Assembly: GCA_032718475.1 (NCBI GenBank)
Contig: JAUCBJ010008794.1
Coordinates: forward strand, 1 to 64,000
Length of the DNA stretch: 64,000 bases
Direction: 5' to 3'
Origin: Nemertoderma westbladi
Taxonomy: Eukaryota; Animalia; Xenacoelomorpha
Shown: one piece after another, positions 23,821 to 35,240 of the stretch
Numbering within the stretch: the stretch's first letter is position 1
Layout of the letters: each line of letters starts with the position of its first letter
Position numbers and translations under genes: made by a program
The notes under the pieces: generated by a model
Told to the model about the DNA's origin: nothing
The model's input: the letters and a program-made list of their open reading frames with translations, nothing else
Database searches by the model: none

Positions 23821-24648
23821 TTTCTAATTTAGGACATAGCGGCCCGGGTACACTTTTCCACTGCCCCCCCCCCCCCCCCCCCCCTGTTTGTGTATCTGTG
23901 TTATGCATTGCTTATTTTTTAAAATTACTGTATTTACCTTACAGAGCTTTTTTTACAAATTTAAGTTTGTATGACAAAGTGAAAAATTACAAACCGAAAC
24001 TATAAAATTAAAATGTAACTAAACCTGCAATGTATATACGGTTATTTTATGTAGAAATCAAAACAGGAATATTTGTGAATATCACAATTTCAAGACTTGG
24101 TATAAAGGCCGTCAATCTAAGCTTATAACACAATATATTCTCAGACGAAATAGAACGAGCGCAAAGATGATAGTAATGGGAACGAGGAAGACGTTGTTGA
24201 CATTATAGCCCTACTCCTAAACAATCTAACATGCAGTTTGGAGACACTTAAAGTATAGTTACAGTATAAAGGTTGTCAGTCGACGTGTGTGATAAATATT
24301 TTCAAACTAAACAGGACGAGCGCAGCGAGGGTTGTAATGGATACGAGTAATGCTGCCATGCAATGTAAAAAGAACGTAAGTCGCATTTTTCCAAAATTCA
24401 CATTTTCACTTTTTCTGGGTCTAAAAAATGACGTAGAAATGACTTTTTGTGACTTGCGGTCTTTTTACACGGCAGAATGGGTTATCTCCATGCAAACTAT
24501 CCAGTATCTTAAATTTATTATATAGGAAGGGATCTAGGGGTCTTAACCTCGAATGATAAGTTTATTTTACCGAAAATAACTTATCTTTTATTGGCGCAAT
24601 TGTAGGACTAATAATCCCATCTCATCATTGAAATTAATATCTCTCCAA

Positions 24649-24691
24649 ACCACGTACGCGTTTCGACCTTACTGGGTCTCATCAGCGTGGT
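24649..24691 (-). ncRNA. Minimal type I hammerhead ribozyme
   Basis: ACCACG-CUGAUGA-GACC(CAGUAA)GGUC-GAAAC-GC-GUA-CGUGGU: 6-bp stem I, intact CUGAUGA and GAAA core, 4-bp stem II, very short palindromic stem III (ACGCGU), and a GUA cleavage triplet. Confidence 0.85.
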
Positions 24692-24754
24692 GTCGGATTC
24701 GAACCAGGGACCTCGAGGTGGAAGCCGAGACTACAACCACTAGGCCACAGGTTC
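24692..24754 (-). other. tRNA-derived (SINE-like) Pol III head, possibly from tRNA-Gly(TCC)
   Basis: A box TGGCCTAGTGG, anticodon-like loop CTTCCAC and B box GGTTCGAATCC. The acceptor stem is not intact. Confidence 0.7.
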
Positions 24755-25575
24755 TTGAGATATGGAGTATTAATTTCAAAGCCAGCTGCCCCGAAAATTA
24801 CGCGATTCCTAAATTTGTACAATACCCGGTAAAAAAGTACGCATGTGATGGGATTAGTCCTATAATTGCGCCAATAAAAGATAAGTTATTTTCGGTAAAA
24901 TAAACTTATCATTCGAGGTTAAAACCCCTAGATCCCTTCCTATATAATAAATGTAAAATAACAAATACCTCGAAAAATACAGCTTGCCAACACATTGTTA
25001 CAATCAAGTATCTTAAATGAACAATATATCGTTTAGATCAATACTATAAGGGGATTGTTGAAGCTATAGGCAACATATTTTTGCGACCAGACGAACAGGA
25101 CGAGCGTAACGAGGTCAGTAAAGGAAACGAGTAGCCTACTGTATCGGAAAATATTTTGTAAAAGAATAAAAGCTTTGTGCGAGTTTCTTCACTGTGCTTG
25201 TACATGCACATCCTCATACACATCGTGCTTGTACATGTACATGCACGCACATCCATGGGTATTAATATTGATGGTGGTATAATATTATGAAATGTGGCAT
25301 AATACTTCAATATTACTGTAGTATGAAATTAAAATTAAGTATTATACTATATGTATTATATAGAATGTAGTATTGTATATATACTGTATAAGTATTAAAA
25401 TTATGAATAATAGCAGAATAATATACTAATATAAATACACTATAAATAGGAATTATATTCATTTATTTATCAAGCACGTTAAGTAAAACACCTTACCGGT
25501 AGGTGTGTTAGTACCAAAATATGTAAACAACTAAAAATTACCGAGAGAAGGCCGCCTCAATAGTTACATAATATA

Positions 25576-26258
25576 ACAGAGGAGAGACAGGCAGGGTAGT
25601 TGTGTTTGTAACAGAGGAGAGTCAGGCAGGGTAGTTGTGTTTGTAACAGAGGAGAGTCAGGCAGGGTAATTGTGTTTGTAACAGAGGAGAGGCAGGCAGG
25701 GTAGTTGTGTTTGTAACAGAGGAGAGGCAGGCAGGGTAGTTGTGTTTGTAACAGAGGAGAGGCAGGCAGGGTAGTTGTGTTTGTAACAGAGGAGAGGCAG
25801 GCAGGGTAGTTGTGTTTGTAACAGAGGAGAGGCAGGCAGGGTAGTTGTGTTTGTAACAGAGGAGAGTCAGGCAGGGTAGTTGTGTTTGTAACAGAGGAGA
25901 GGCAGGCTGGGTAGTTGTGTTTGTAACAGAGGAGAGGCAGGCGGGGTAGTTGTGTTTGTAACAGAGGAGAGGCAGGCAGGGTAGTTGTGTTTGTAACAGA
26001 GGAGAGGCAGGCAGGGTAGTTGTGTTTGTAACAGAGGAGAGGCAGGCAGGGTAGTTGTGTTTGTAACAGAGGAGAGGCAGGCAGGGTAGTTGTGTTTGTA
26101 ACAGAGGAGAGGCAGGCAGGGTAGTTGTGTTTGTAACAGAGAAGAGGCAGGCAGGGTAGTTGTGTTTGTAACAGAGGAGAGGCAGGCAGGGTAGTTGTGT
26201 TTGTAACAGAGGAGAATCAGGCAGGGTAGTTGTGTTTGTAACAGAGGAGAGGCAGGCT
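25576..26258. repeat. 35-bp minisatellite, about 19.5 copies
   Basis: Unit ACAGAGGAGAGGCAGGCAGGGTAGTTGTGTTTGTA with few variants. Confidence 0.97.
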
Positions 26259-27051
26259 ACAACCAGTAGTTGATTCATGTCGTTTACAAATTTCGATGCA
26301 TGAAGTCACGACATGACACTTAAAAGTTGGTTCCAACAGGTCCACAATCTGGACGGCTGTATCTCCATCAACCACTACCTCGCCTCTAACTTGGGAGTTC
26401 CTCCAAAGAGGAGTTTGGGTTGGGTTGGATGTTGTGGAGAGACTCGGGACGAACGGAGTGCGACGTGGTCATGATTAAAAATATTGTAAAAGACAATATA
26501 ATTTTGTTGAAGTGGAGAATTAAAAATAGTTAAAAATTACAGAAATTATTTATATAGTAAATACAATACTTGTGTGAAATAATCTTCATTTTGAATTTTA
26601 TGTTGTACAATATAAATATCTATTTTCGAGACAGGGGGGAAACTGGACGCAAATCACTGGTGGTGGCACCAAATTTTGCATTCTTCTAATAAATTATAAA
26701 ATGTTTTACATCAAAATGCAGAACACAAACACACAAAATCCCGTATAAAGCCCACAATACAGATACACCCCGTATATAAACCAAAACCGCCTAAAAATTT
26801 GAATTAATATATTCGATGATTTTCAAAATTTGATGCAGCATCGAATTATATCCCGCTGAAGAAAAATAAAAGTTTCATAACATTTATATTGTCTTTGATT
26901 TAATCATTGTTAGATTTGTTTAATCAATATGAAGGTTGCATCTTGTGTTACGTAAAATTAATACAAACAAATTAATATAACTGGTACATATTGTGTTACT
27001 TTACTGCAGAGAATTAACTGAAATCGGAGGTGCTGATGGAGTCTCAGTTAA

Positions 27052-27179
27052 TTAGTTAATCATTGTGATAGTCACAATTCCAACGACAGTGATCACGGGA
27101 TATCCGGTTGGTTTCGATGCGTTGTTGCCTGTTGGATCCGTCGCCGAGTTTCCAGTTTCATTTTCATCATCAGATTTGC
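27052..27179 (-). CDS. Probable terminal coding exon of the host Ig-domain gene (polar spacer plus hydrophobic tail, GPI-signal-like)
   Basis: Acceptor TTTATTTAACTAG|GC in phase 1, compatible with the exon at 62852-63334. It encodes (C)KSDDENETGNSATDPTGNNASKPTGYPVITVVGIVTITMIN*. Confidence 0.5.
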
Positions 27180-28594
27180 CTAGTTAAATAAATGTAAGTT
27201 ATTTTAGTTTTTGGGATTCACTTCCCTTTACTCATGTTGGTTTTATTATTTTGGTTTCATTCTAAAGTGCGAATTCAATAAATTAAACTTCTATATCTTT
27301 GATTTTAAAGTTTTTATTGTCCGCAATTTTGTGGCAAAAAATGGGATATTTGAAAGCAAAATGTGGGTGTCTCCTTGCTGTGGTGGGTCCTAGGCTATGG
27401 CCTATTCTCCTATACTTCATTTTCAATCCAGTGTTTACAAATGTCTGCCAATTTAAGAAAAGTTAGTTAAATACTGTCAGCCCGATCAGTAATTTAACAA
27501 CTTCTAGGGAAGTATATTTTCTCAAACTGTGCTTATTTTAAGAAAAAGGTTTAGGATAGGAAAAATAACACTGGCACCGATTTCTAAGAGTTGGACAAAT
27601 CCGTCCAAATTTACTCCATGCGGTAAAATTTTCACTGAATTCGCAATTTAATTCCAAATTCGCCACTTTTCATATATATATATAAAAATAAAATCTCTTT
27701 CAACACCATAACCATAAGTGTGTCAGATATACCTATTAAATATTACTATAAATTATATTTTTTCAATAATAATATATATAAACCAATCAGTAACTTAAAA
27801 ATAGCTACTATTTGCTAAAAAATTTTTGGGGTTTAACGTTCCCTTCAATATTGTTCAAAAAATGTTGAGTGCATCTACTGTATCTCTATTTCAAATTTCA
27901 TGCATTTCATTTTATTTCAATTGCAAAACATGGCATCACTATGTATGTATGTATATTATCGACTACTATAGAATAATAATTGCACAGAGAAATTGTTTAC
28001 AGGTGATTTACAAATTTACAGTAGTATGTTAAGCAAATTGCACGAAAATAATACTTTATAAATGTAGTAGTCCGATCGAAGAGAATAGTATTTGAAGCAA
28101 ATATAGTAACTGAATATTATATAAAACGGATTTGTTAGTATTGTGAATGTATAGTGAATTACTGAAAAATATAAATATAAATACGAATGTAAAAAAGAAC
28201 TTAGAATTTAAAGCAAAATATAGTGACTGGATATATAAAAACGGGTGTATAAATTTCTTAATTAAAGTAAATATAATGGCTGGCTGAATGTATAAAGTGG
28301 ATGTAAGATTATATTGCTTGAATGACCTGTCGAATGCATGACCTATAAATATGCTGTACTGTACGCATTATGATATAATATTAATAATATTGTATATTAA
28401 AGATGTATTATATAGGGTAGGTCTAATCGAACGTAATGTATTTAATATATAATAATACATAGATAGTGTTACTAATATATAATATGATTTTATGTAATAA
28501 ATAGTTAATATATAAATATAGTTAATATTGAATTGTTTTGTTACTAATATAGTAAATAATAATAAATAGATACGGTAATATAATATATAGTTTC

Positions 28595-29737
28595 TTAGGG
28601 ATTAGCCTGCCGTCGCTCATTAATAATAGACTTTTCTGTCTGGAATAGTTGGGATATATAACATGGGGCGTTCGGTAGATCAAGTAGGTCGGTCAGAGAG
28701 TCGACCGATGCGGGATTGTCGATAAATTGGTCTCTCAGCGAGTTGTACAGTTTGCATTTTAGTGTGACGTGTTCCTCGTCCACAATGACGCCACATATGC
28801 AAGTACGTTGGTCACGTGGTGTGCGGTTATACCGTGCCTTTTCTATTGCGAGTTCGTGGGAACTGGTGCGAATACGAGCAAATGAGTGGATGTCCGGGTT
28901 GGAGTAGATCCCGTTATATGCCTGTGGGCGTTTGAGATCAGGGTTAATGGTCAAATAAGTCACATAACGACTCTTTCCTAGGGCTGCTTTCCTGATTACG
29001 GCGTTTTTCAGTGTTGAGAGGGATTTCTCCAATATAATTTCTGGGCTGTCGGAGGTCAGACACGCTTTGAGGGATCGGCACATTGGGGAGTAGTTCGCTT
29101 CGCTTGAGTTTAGAATTAATAACAGTGGTGAATTCTGATCTGGGTAATCTTGTGATAGAATACGTTTAATTAAATTTGTAGTTCGCGACTTTATGATGTC
29201 AGTCAAAAGTGACAGTGTCAGTGTCAGTAAGTGTCAGTCAAAAGCGACCGAGTTCGATATATGGTATTTCGTTTGGTGTGGACAGTTTCACTCCAAGCAT
29301 TGTCTTTAAAACTCGTCGATATTGAGCTTCTAGTTTCGAAGTGTTAACGCTGTTCCAACCCAATTGCGCAATTGTATAAAATACCATTGATACGGCACGC
29401 ATCCAGCACCTTTTCCTTCACACGGAGGGGTGCATTTATGTTTTCTCTCAAAAATGCATAAAACTTAATAAAGTGCTTTTGTCTGTTTTTTTAAGTCTTC
29501 CAAAAACATATCTTTAATCTTTCCGGATGAATTTAGTGACGAACCGAGGTAAATTTCAGAGTTCGAATGATTTATACTTCCGTGACTCAAAATAAGTGGC
29601 TTGTGGTGACTTTCACCAGAATTGATGCAGATATAGCTACGTTTGGTGGGATTTAGTGTGATGAAGTTTTCTAAACAATATTTTTCCAGTGTTTCCAATT
29701 TTACTTCGGCAAGTGTTCGGCTGGTTGCTAGGACAAA
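28595..29737 (-). pseudogene. 5'-truncated LINE (non-LTR retrotransposon) ORF2 remnant
   Basis: End of RT (LEKYC..ITLNPTK, EIYLGS) and a C-terminal RIRTSSHELAIEKARY...RTCICGVIVDEEHVTLKCKLYNSLR zinc-finger-like tail typical of LINE ORF2. It has frameshifts. Confidence 0.8.
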
Positions 29738-30227
29738 GGCTGGGGCTAGATCTTCGCCCCCCCCCCCCCCCCCCCCCCCCCGGGGGCTAAAGGGGCAAGA
29801 AAAAGGCCGAAAAAACGGAACGATTCTCAGCGGTGGGTAAGAAACGGACGCGGATTGGTCGGAAGTGGGCTAAATATAGCTTATAACTGATTCCCCGTTG
29901 GAGGTTTTGCCGACGTTGACCCTATCTGGTACACTTTTTGTCGTTTCTAATTAAACCCCGCTTATAAAACGCGAGTGTAGTTCTTATTAGTTGTTTAGCC
30001 TCGGCTCTAGCACCTTGACGTCTTCTGATTAGTTGTTTGTCCCACCCTCGCGAAAACAAAGTAATAATAAATTAATTGAATTGGAACGGTTTAAAAAAAA
30101 TTATGCCTATGAAAAAAATATTATTGAAATAAGTACATATTTAGTCATCATTTATTTGTTATTAGAAATAAATTAAACTTGCATATATCCTCCGTTTCTC
30201 AGATATCTTATTTCTTAACTTATCTAT

Positions 30228-30760
30228 TGTGACGGGATCCAAGAGGGATCCCGGTTTATCCGGTTTTAGTTCACGCGTCCCCGCCGTGTATAAAGAGTGA
30301 ATGAGTTCTGATGTTTGTCGTATATAATATGATATGCAGATATAGATATAGATATAATATTGTCGTATATGGAAGGCGGGATACGGTAACTAAAGTCCCG
30401 GTCCTTCCCTAGCTAAACTATTGTAACCTAATCTAGCACCGCTATTGCACTGAGATAACTGAATTGGTATGATTACTGCCAAGTGGCTATATTGCACGGT
30501 TGGCCTTATTACTCTACCTAATCGATGCCTTTCCCCCCTCTGATTGGTTGATACCCTTGTTGGCGCCCTTTGGAGTGTTCCCGTTCACTCCACCTATTCT
30601 CTCTGGGTTAGGGGTTTGGCCCCTGACCCTCATTGTGTGCTTCTCCTTCACATTCTTATTGGGATGGCACGAGTTGGTTAATTACCCAATCTCGTGGCTC
30701 CCAATATTGCTTATCGGCTTATAACTTTATGGGGTGTTAGCGGGATTGAATAAGCTAACA
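30228..30760 (-). repeat. E2 3' LTR
   Basis: Direct repeat of 43927-44459. The PPT TGGGGGGGAG lies immediately inside it (30761-30770). Confidence 0.97.
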
Positions 30761-31472
30761 CTCCCCCCCATGCTATCTTCCCGGTAAGAAGATAGCATCA
30801 ACCAAAAAGTGCGCTACAATCCCGCTGGATCCCGATCTAGTATCGGGTGTGGGGCGGAATTCTTTTCTCTCGGAGCCGGCTTTCCAGGCCGCTCCCTATG
30901 GGTATGATAACGCTACCCTGTGTGCCTGGCGTCTCATGTCGGGCCGATCGCGCTCACCTCTCACGCAACTTTTGTTTCCCCAACACTTCCGCCCTATCTC
31001 TTCTTCACTCTCATCCTAACTCTCTCATACACTCGGACCTCCTCGTCCCTCACTCAGCCTCTTATTCTCCCCCCCCCCACACACTAGAATTGCGTCCGCA
31101 CTCTCTCTGCACTTCGCTCCATTACTCCGTCCCTCAACCCCACTCTGGCTACCTCATCCCTTCTGACAAATCTCCCCCCCCTCTCGTGCCGTCGCACTCA
31201 AGAAGTGTGAAATTGTCTGGTGTCTCGTCCATAGTGCCATAGTCAGTTTACCCCCCAGTCCCAGTAGCTAATTGAGAAAGGTTGTATGACTATAGTACTT
31301 ACTTCGAGCGTATATATTCTAGATTATTAATCACTACGTACGTACATACAAATTGCACTTATATGATTATTTGCATTAATTAGATTTGTACTTAATAGTT
31401 CGTACGTCCCACGCGGCGCCTTCCAGGCGCACCACTTCCAAGTCTCAGTCTCTCTCCCTTGGCCCTGGGAAC

Positions 31473-34031
31473 CTATCTGTTCCTCTGGGGATAGTTCCCC
31501 CTAGCGTCCTCTTCCCTGGGTCGTTTCTTGGTTATCACCGTTCCTCTGGCATCGTCCGCTTTCTGCTTTCGGACCTTCGCCGCCACTTCCTTGCTGATCC
31601 CGGTCGTTGGCTCCTTGGGCGCTGGTGTTATTAGTGCCCGATATCGCTTCGCAGGTGGCCCCTCAGAGTGGCCCGGTTGTCTCCCTCTGGTGGCGTCCCA
31701 TAAGATCATTTTCATTGCCTTTGGTACGTGCTCCGCCAAGAAATCCCTAAACTCCCTTCGGTTCTCTGGCGTCCACCTGTCCAAATACCTTTACGTGTTC
31801 ATCACTCCAGCGTTCAACGCCGCCGTTGCCACCTCTTGGTAGGTAAACGGTAGCCTCCGCTTTATGATTTCCATGTGAGTCTCTTGATTAATAAGGAAGA
31901 AACCCCACTTGAACTCCTGGGCCTTCATGCGCTGGCGCATCATGGCCCCGACGTCGGCCCACTCCTCGAATCTTGTGAACTTCTCCTCGTCGTTCATCCA
32001 GTCGCACTCGCGCCCGTAGTGTCCCCGAAAGTGGCACTTTGGACATCGGTTATGCAACCGTGGACATGCCCCCATCCTGTGGCTTGGTTCTCTGCAGTAG
32101 AGACAAAAGGTTCCCTGTTGGAACCGGTATAGGCAGCTGCTTTCCCGATGGGTCTGTCTGCCACAGTAGTCGCAGCCGAGTACCAATGTCTCCCGTCCCA
32201 CCTCGTCTTTCGTCCCAAGCGATCTCCGCGGTCTGTGGAGTCGCTGGTAGGCGAACTTCTCTACGTTGGTCTCTCTATCTACGTCGATCTCTCCGCCCCT
32301 CTCAGGCATCGTCTCCCCGAATACTACCCGTGGTGCCGTCCCCGGCTGCTCGCCCAACCTGATGGCGCTCCCCGCGAAATCCATCGCCGGCTCCTCGTGC
32401 ACCCAGGTCCGCTTGCCGGATCTGTTCCAGAAGGCCCTCGCCCCACTGGCCGTCACCACCCTTCCGCCAACCCAGTCCGTGTCCGAGTGGCCTATCCTCT
32501 CGATGGGCGGCATCTCTCCGAACTCGTCGTCGTCGTCGTCGTCCTCCTCTTCTTCTGGCAGTGTCTCCAACCCCGGTATCCCGATGGATCCACTATGCCC
32601 CTTCCCGCCTTGGCTCTCGCCCGTAGCTCTCCATCCCTCCAGCTCCCTTAACTTCCTTGGCGGTTGGTCGCCCTCGGCGCCCGCTGGTATGGGCATCGTT
32701 TGCAACCCCGACGTCGACTGTTTCGGCGATCCCACCGTCCATCCCAATTCTCGCCCTAGAGACTCCCCCGAACTCCCTGATGAAGTCCAATGAAGTTCGT
32801 CTAGGCCTGCCTGTTCCTCGAAGCCGTAACTCTGTGTCCTGGCCTCCTCTTCCCTCTCCTCTGCTTCTATCCTCTCCCGTCTAGCGACTTCTTCCAGTCG
32901 CTTTGCTTCTCGTCTATCCGTCTCTAGCTGCTCCCATCTCTGATACGGTGTATCTGTCTCCCCGTCTACCAGATGCCGGCTGTTGTAGTACACCGACTCG
33001 CCCTTCAGCCCCGGGTGGTCTACCAGACCGTCAAAGGCCGTCTTAAAGGCTCTCCTGTAGCTTAGAGGTGATCCCGATAACAGAAATGCCCCTGGTTCCC
33101 TCTCGATAACCACGGTCATGAATAAGTTAAGCAAACTTATCATCATCCAGTCCTCCTGCAGGATATATCGCTTCTGATATACCTTTATCGCTCCCCTGCG
33201 GAACTGATATACCTCCTGCTTTCCCGGTCTCGCTCCCCACTTTAGCGAGTTCGCTAGTTCTGCTCCGTATTCTTCCCTAAACTTCCCCCAGTCCATCGGT
33301 TTGTGGCATACGAGCCCCAATAATTGGCCCATCGCCACCGACCCGCATTGGCCTGTGTTTTCGACTACCCCCAACCCATCCGGTGCCGTCATGGCCATAA
33401 AGACTTTCTGCATATCCAGGAGGTTGGTGGCGTCCGGACCGATGATCCTCTCCGCGTCCTCGCGAATCGCCGATCCCACTTTCGTCGTCGACTTCTCTCT
33501 TACTAAGACTTGTACCGCTTTCGGTAACCGGTTTAATTTCGGCCCGTCCTTCTTCCCATACGTTCCTAGATCGAATAAGAAGATGTCCCCATTTGGCGCG
33601 GCCAAATGTAGGAGTATGGTCCTGTCCGACCCCGTCGTTCCTCGTCTCGAACCCGCCTCGTCTTCCACGGTTCCCTCGTCATCTAGGATCATATATCCTC
33701 CTCTGTTGACGGACTCTATGAATCTCTTCCAGTCCTTCCTCGGTGATTCCCTCGGGTACTTCGGAATCCCGAACTTCGCCTCGTCCCCTTTCACCACGTA
33801 GTGGAAGTGTTGGAAGATCGCATTGTCCAGCGATGGCGTCCCGTAGGTCCCGACCAGCCGCTGTTTGTGCATCTCCCTGAAGTGATCCTGCAGCGCTCGC
33901 GCCGCGTGACCCCTTTCCAACCTCTCGTAGTATCCTCTCGTCCTCTCTTCCGGATGCCTCTCGGTAAAATCCACCAGTATCTCCTTTCCTCCTGACTCCG
34001 CTTTTCTCTTTCTGATCAACTTACTCGCCAT
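31473..34031 (-). CDS. E2 accessory ORF3: DEDDy-type 3'-5' exonuclease, acidic linker, 3 CCHC zinc knuckles (746 aa intact; frame continues past a stop at 31791)
   Basis: Motifs: ExoI YMILDDEG, LLHLAAPNG, ExoII LPKAVQVLVREKSTTKVGSAIREDA, LLDMQ, ExoIII-like KRYILQED. Knuckles: CDYCGRQTHRESSC, CLYCREPSHRMGAC, CPKCHFRGHYGREC. Co-linear with E1 ORF3. Confidence 0.88.
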
Positions 34032-34519
34032 TCCGAACGTTCACTCGCTCACCTGCAAGGTGGTGCCTTACCAAGGCGCAATACAGATGAGTGATGTATC
34101 TAAGATGTTCTGTACGGTTCGATAATGGCCTATTTCCTACTTAACTGCGCCTTTTAACCTAAATTATCACTAATTAATTTTGAAGCTAGTAAATGAGCGT
34201 AATTTGCAATTTCTGTCCGTTACTTTTATTATGTTCTAGAATAACTTCCCTTGTGTTGCCACTATTTTGTATCTTTCAGCCCTATTCTATTTATTTATCT
34301 ATTTTATTCGATTCTACTGTCCTACTACTTACTACTGCCTATGGATTATTCTATTCTCTAATCCACATTCTGGCCTACTCTGTATTCTGGCCTATGCAGT
34401 ACAGCAGCATGCGTCGTGTGGCCACACGACTTACCCAGCTGTACTCATATGCCCCCCTCTCTCTACCAACTGCTAACTAATATCTATATCTATATCCCCT
34501 TTTACCTCTTACTCTCTCT

Positions 34520-35110
34520 CTTCTAACTAACGGTACTACGTACCCTCTGACTCTTACTTTCTCTCTAACTAACGGTACTACGTACCCTCTAACTCTCTAA
34601 CTAACTAGCGGTACTTACGTACCCTCTAACTCTCTAACTAACTAGCGGTACTTACGTACCCTCTAACTCTCTAACTAACTATCGGTACTACGTACCCTCT
34701 AACTCTCTAACTAACTAGCGGTACTTACGTACCCTCTAACTCTCTAACTAACTAGCGATACTTACGTACCCTCTAACTCTCTAACTAACTATCGGTACTT
34801 ACGTACCCTCTAACTCTCTAACTAACTATCGGTACTACGTACCCTCTAACTCTCTAACTAACTATCGGTACTTACGTACCCTCTAACTCTCTAACTAACT
34901 AGGTACTACGTATCTTCTAATTAACTAACTAACTAGGTACTACGTATCTTCTAATTAACTAACTAACTAGGTGCTACGTACCTTCTAACTCACTAACTAA
35001 CTAGGTGCTACGTACCTTCTAACTCACTCTCTAACTGGCGGTACTACGTACCTTCTAACTAACTAACTAACTAGGTACTACGTACCTTCTAACTAACTCT
35101 CTAACTACTA
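34520..35110. repeat. Tandem array (~16 units of mostly 36-37 bp) between E2 pol and ORF3
   Basis: Unit CTCTAACTCTCTAACTAACTAGCGGTACTTACGTACC, each with a GGTAC...GTACC inverted repeat. Confidence 0.92.
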
Positions 35111-35240
35111 ACTGCGTACCTACTATGTATTATTATTTTATTTTTATTTTACTTTTATTTGTTTGTGGGAAGGGCGTCTCGCCCTCAATCCCACCCCCCT
35201 CAGTCCAAAACTTGGATGACTAAACTTTTCTTTAACTCTA

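Larger units (their letters stand above)
24513..24952. mobile_element. 440-bp inverted-repeat element carrying a tRNA-like head and a hammerhead ribozyme
   Basis: ~110-bp inverted arms (24513-~24623 and ~24844-24952, ATTTATTATATAGGAAGGGATCTAGGGG...). No clear TSD. Confidence 0.75.

Noticed and set aside
24692-24754. Functional tRNA gene (also 22440-22502)
   Set aside because: A and B boxes are present, but the acceptor and T stems do not pair. These are tRNA-derived promoters only.
25622-26278. 218-aa Cys-rich repetitive ORF, and possible CRISPR-like array
   Set aside because: It is a translation of a 35-bp minisatellite. The units are head-to-tail with no unique spacers, and the context is eukaryotic.
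31791-34031. env gene
   Set aside because: No signal peptide or transmembrane anchor is evident. The motifs are those of an exonuclease and zinc knuckles.
34520-35110. Palindrome-containing ~37-bp repeats as a CRISPR array
   Set aside because: There are no unique spacers and no cas genes. It is a tandem repeat inside a retrotransposon.
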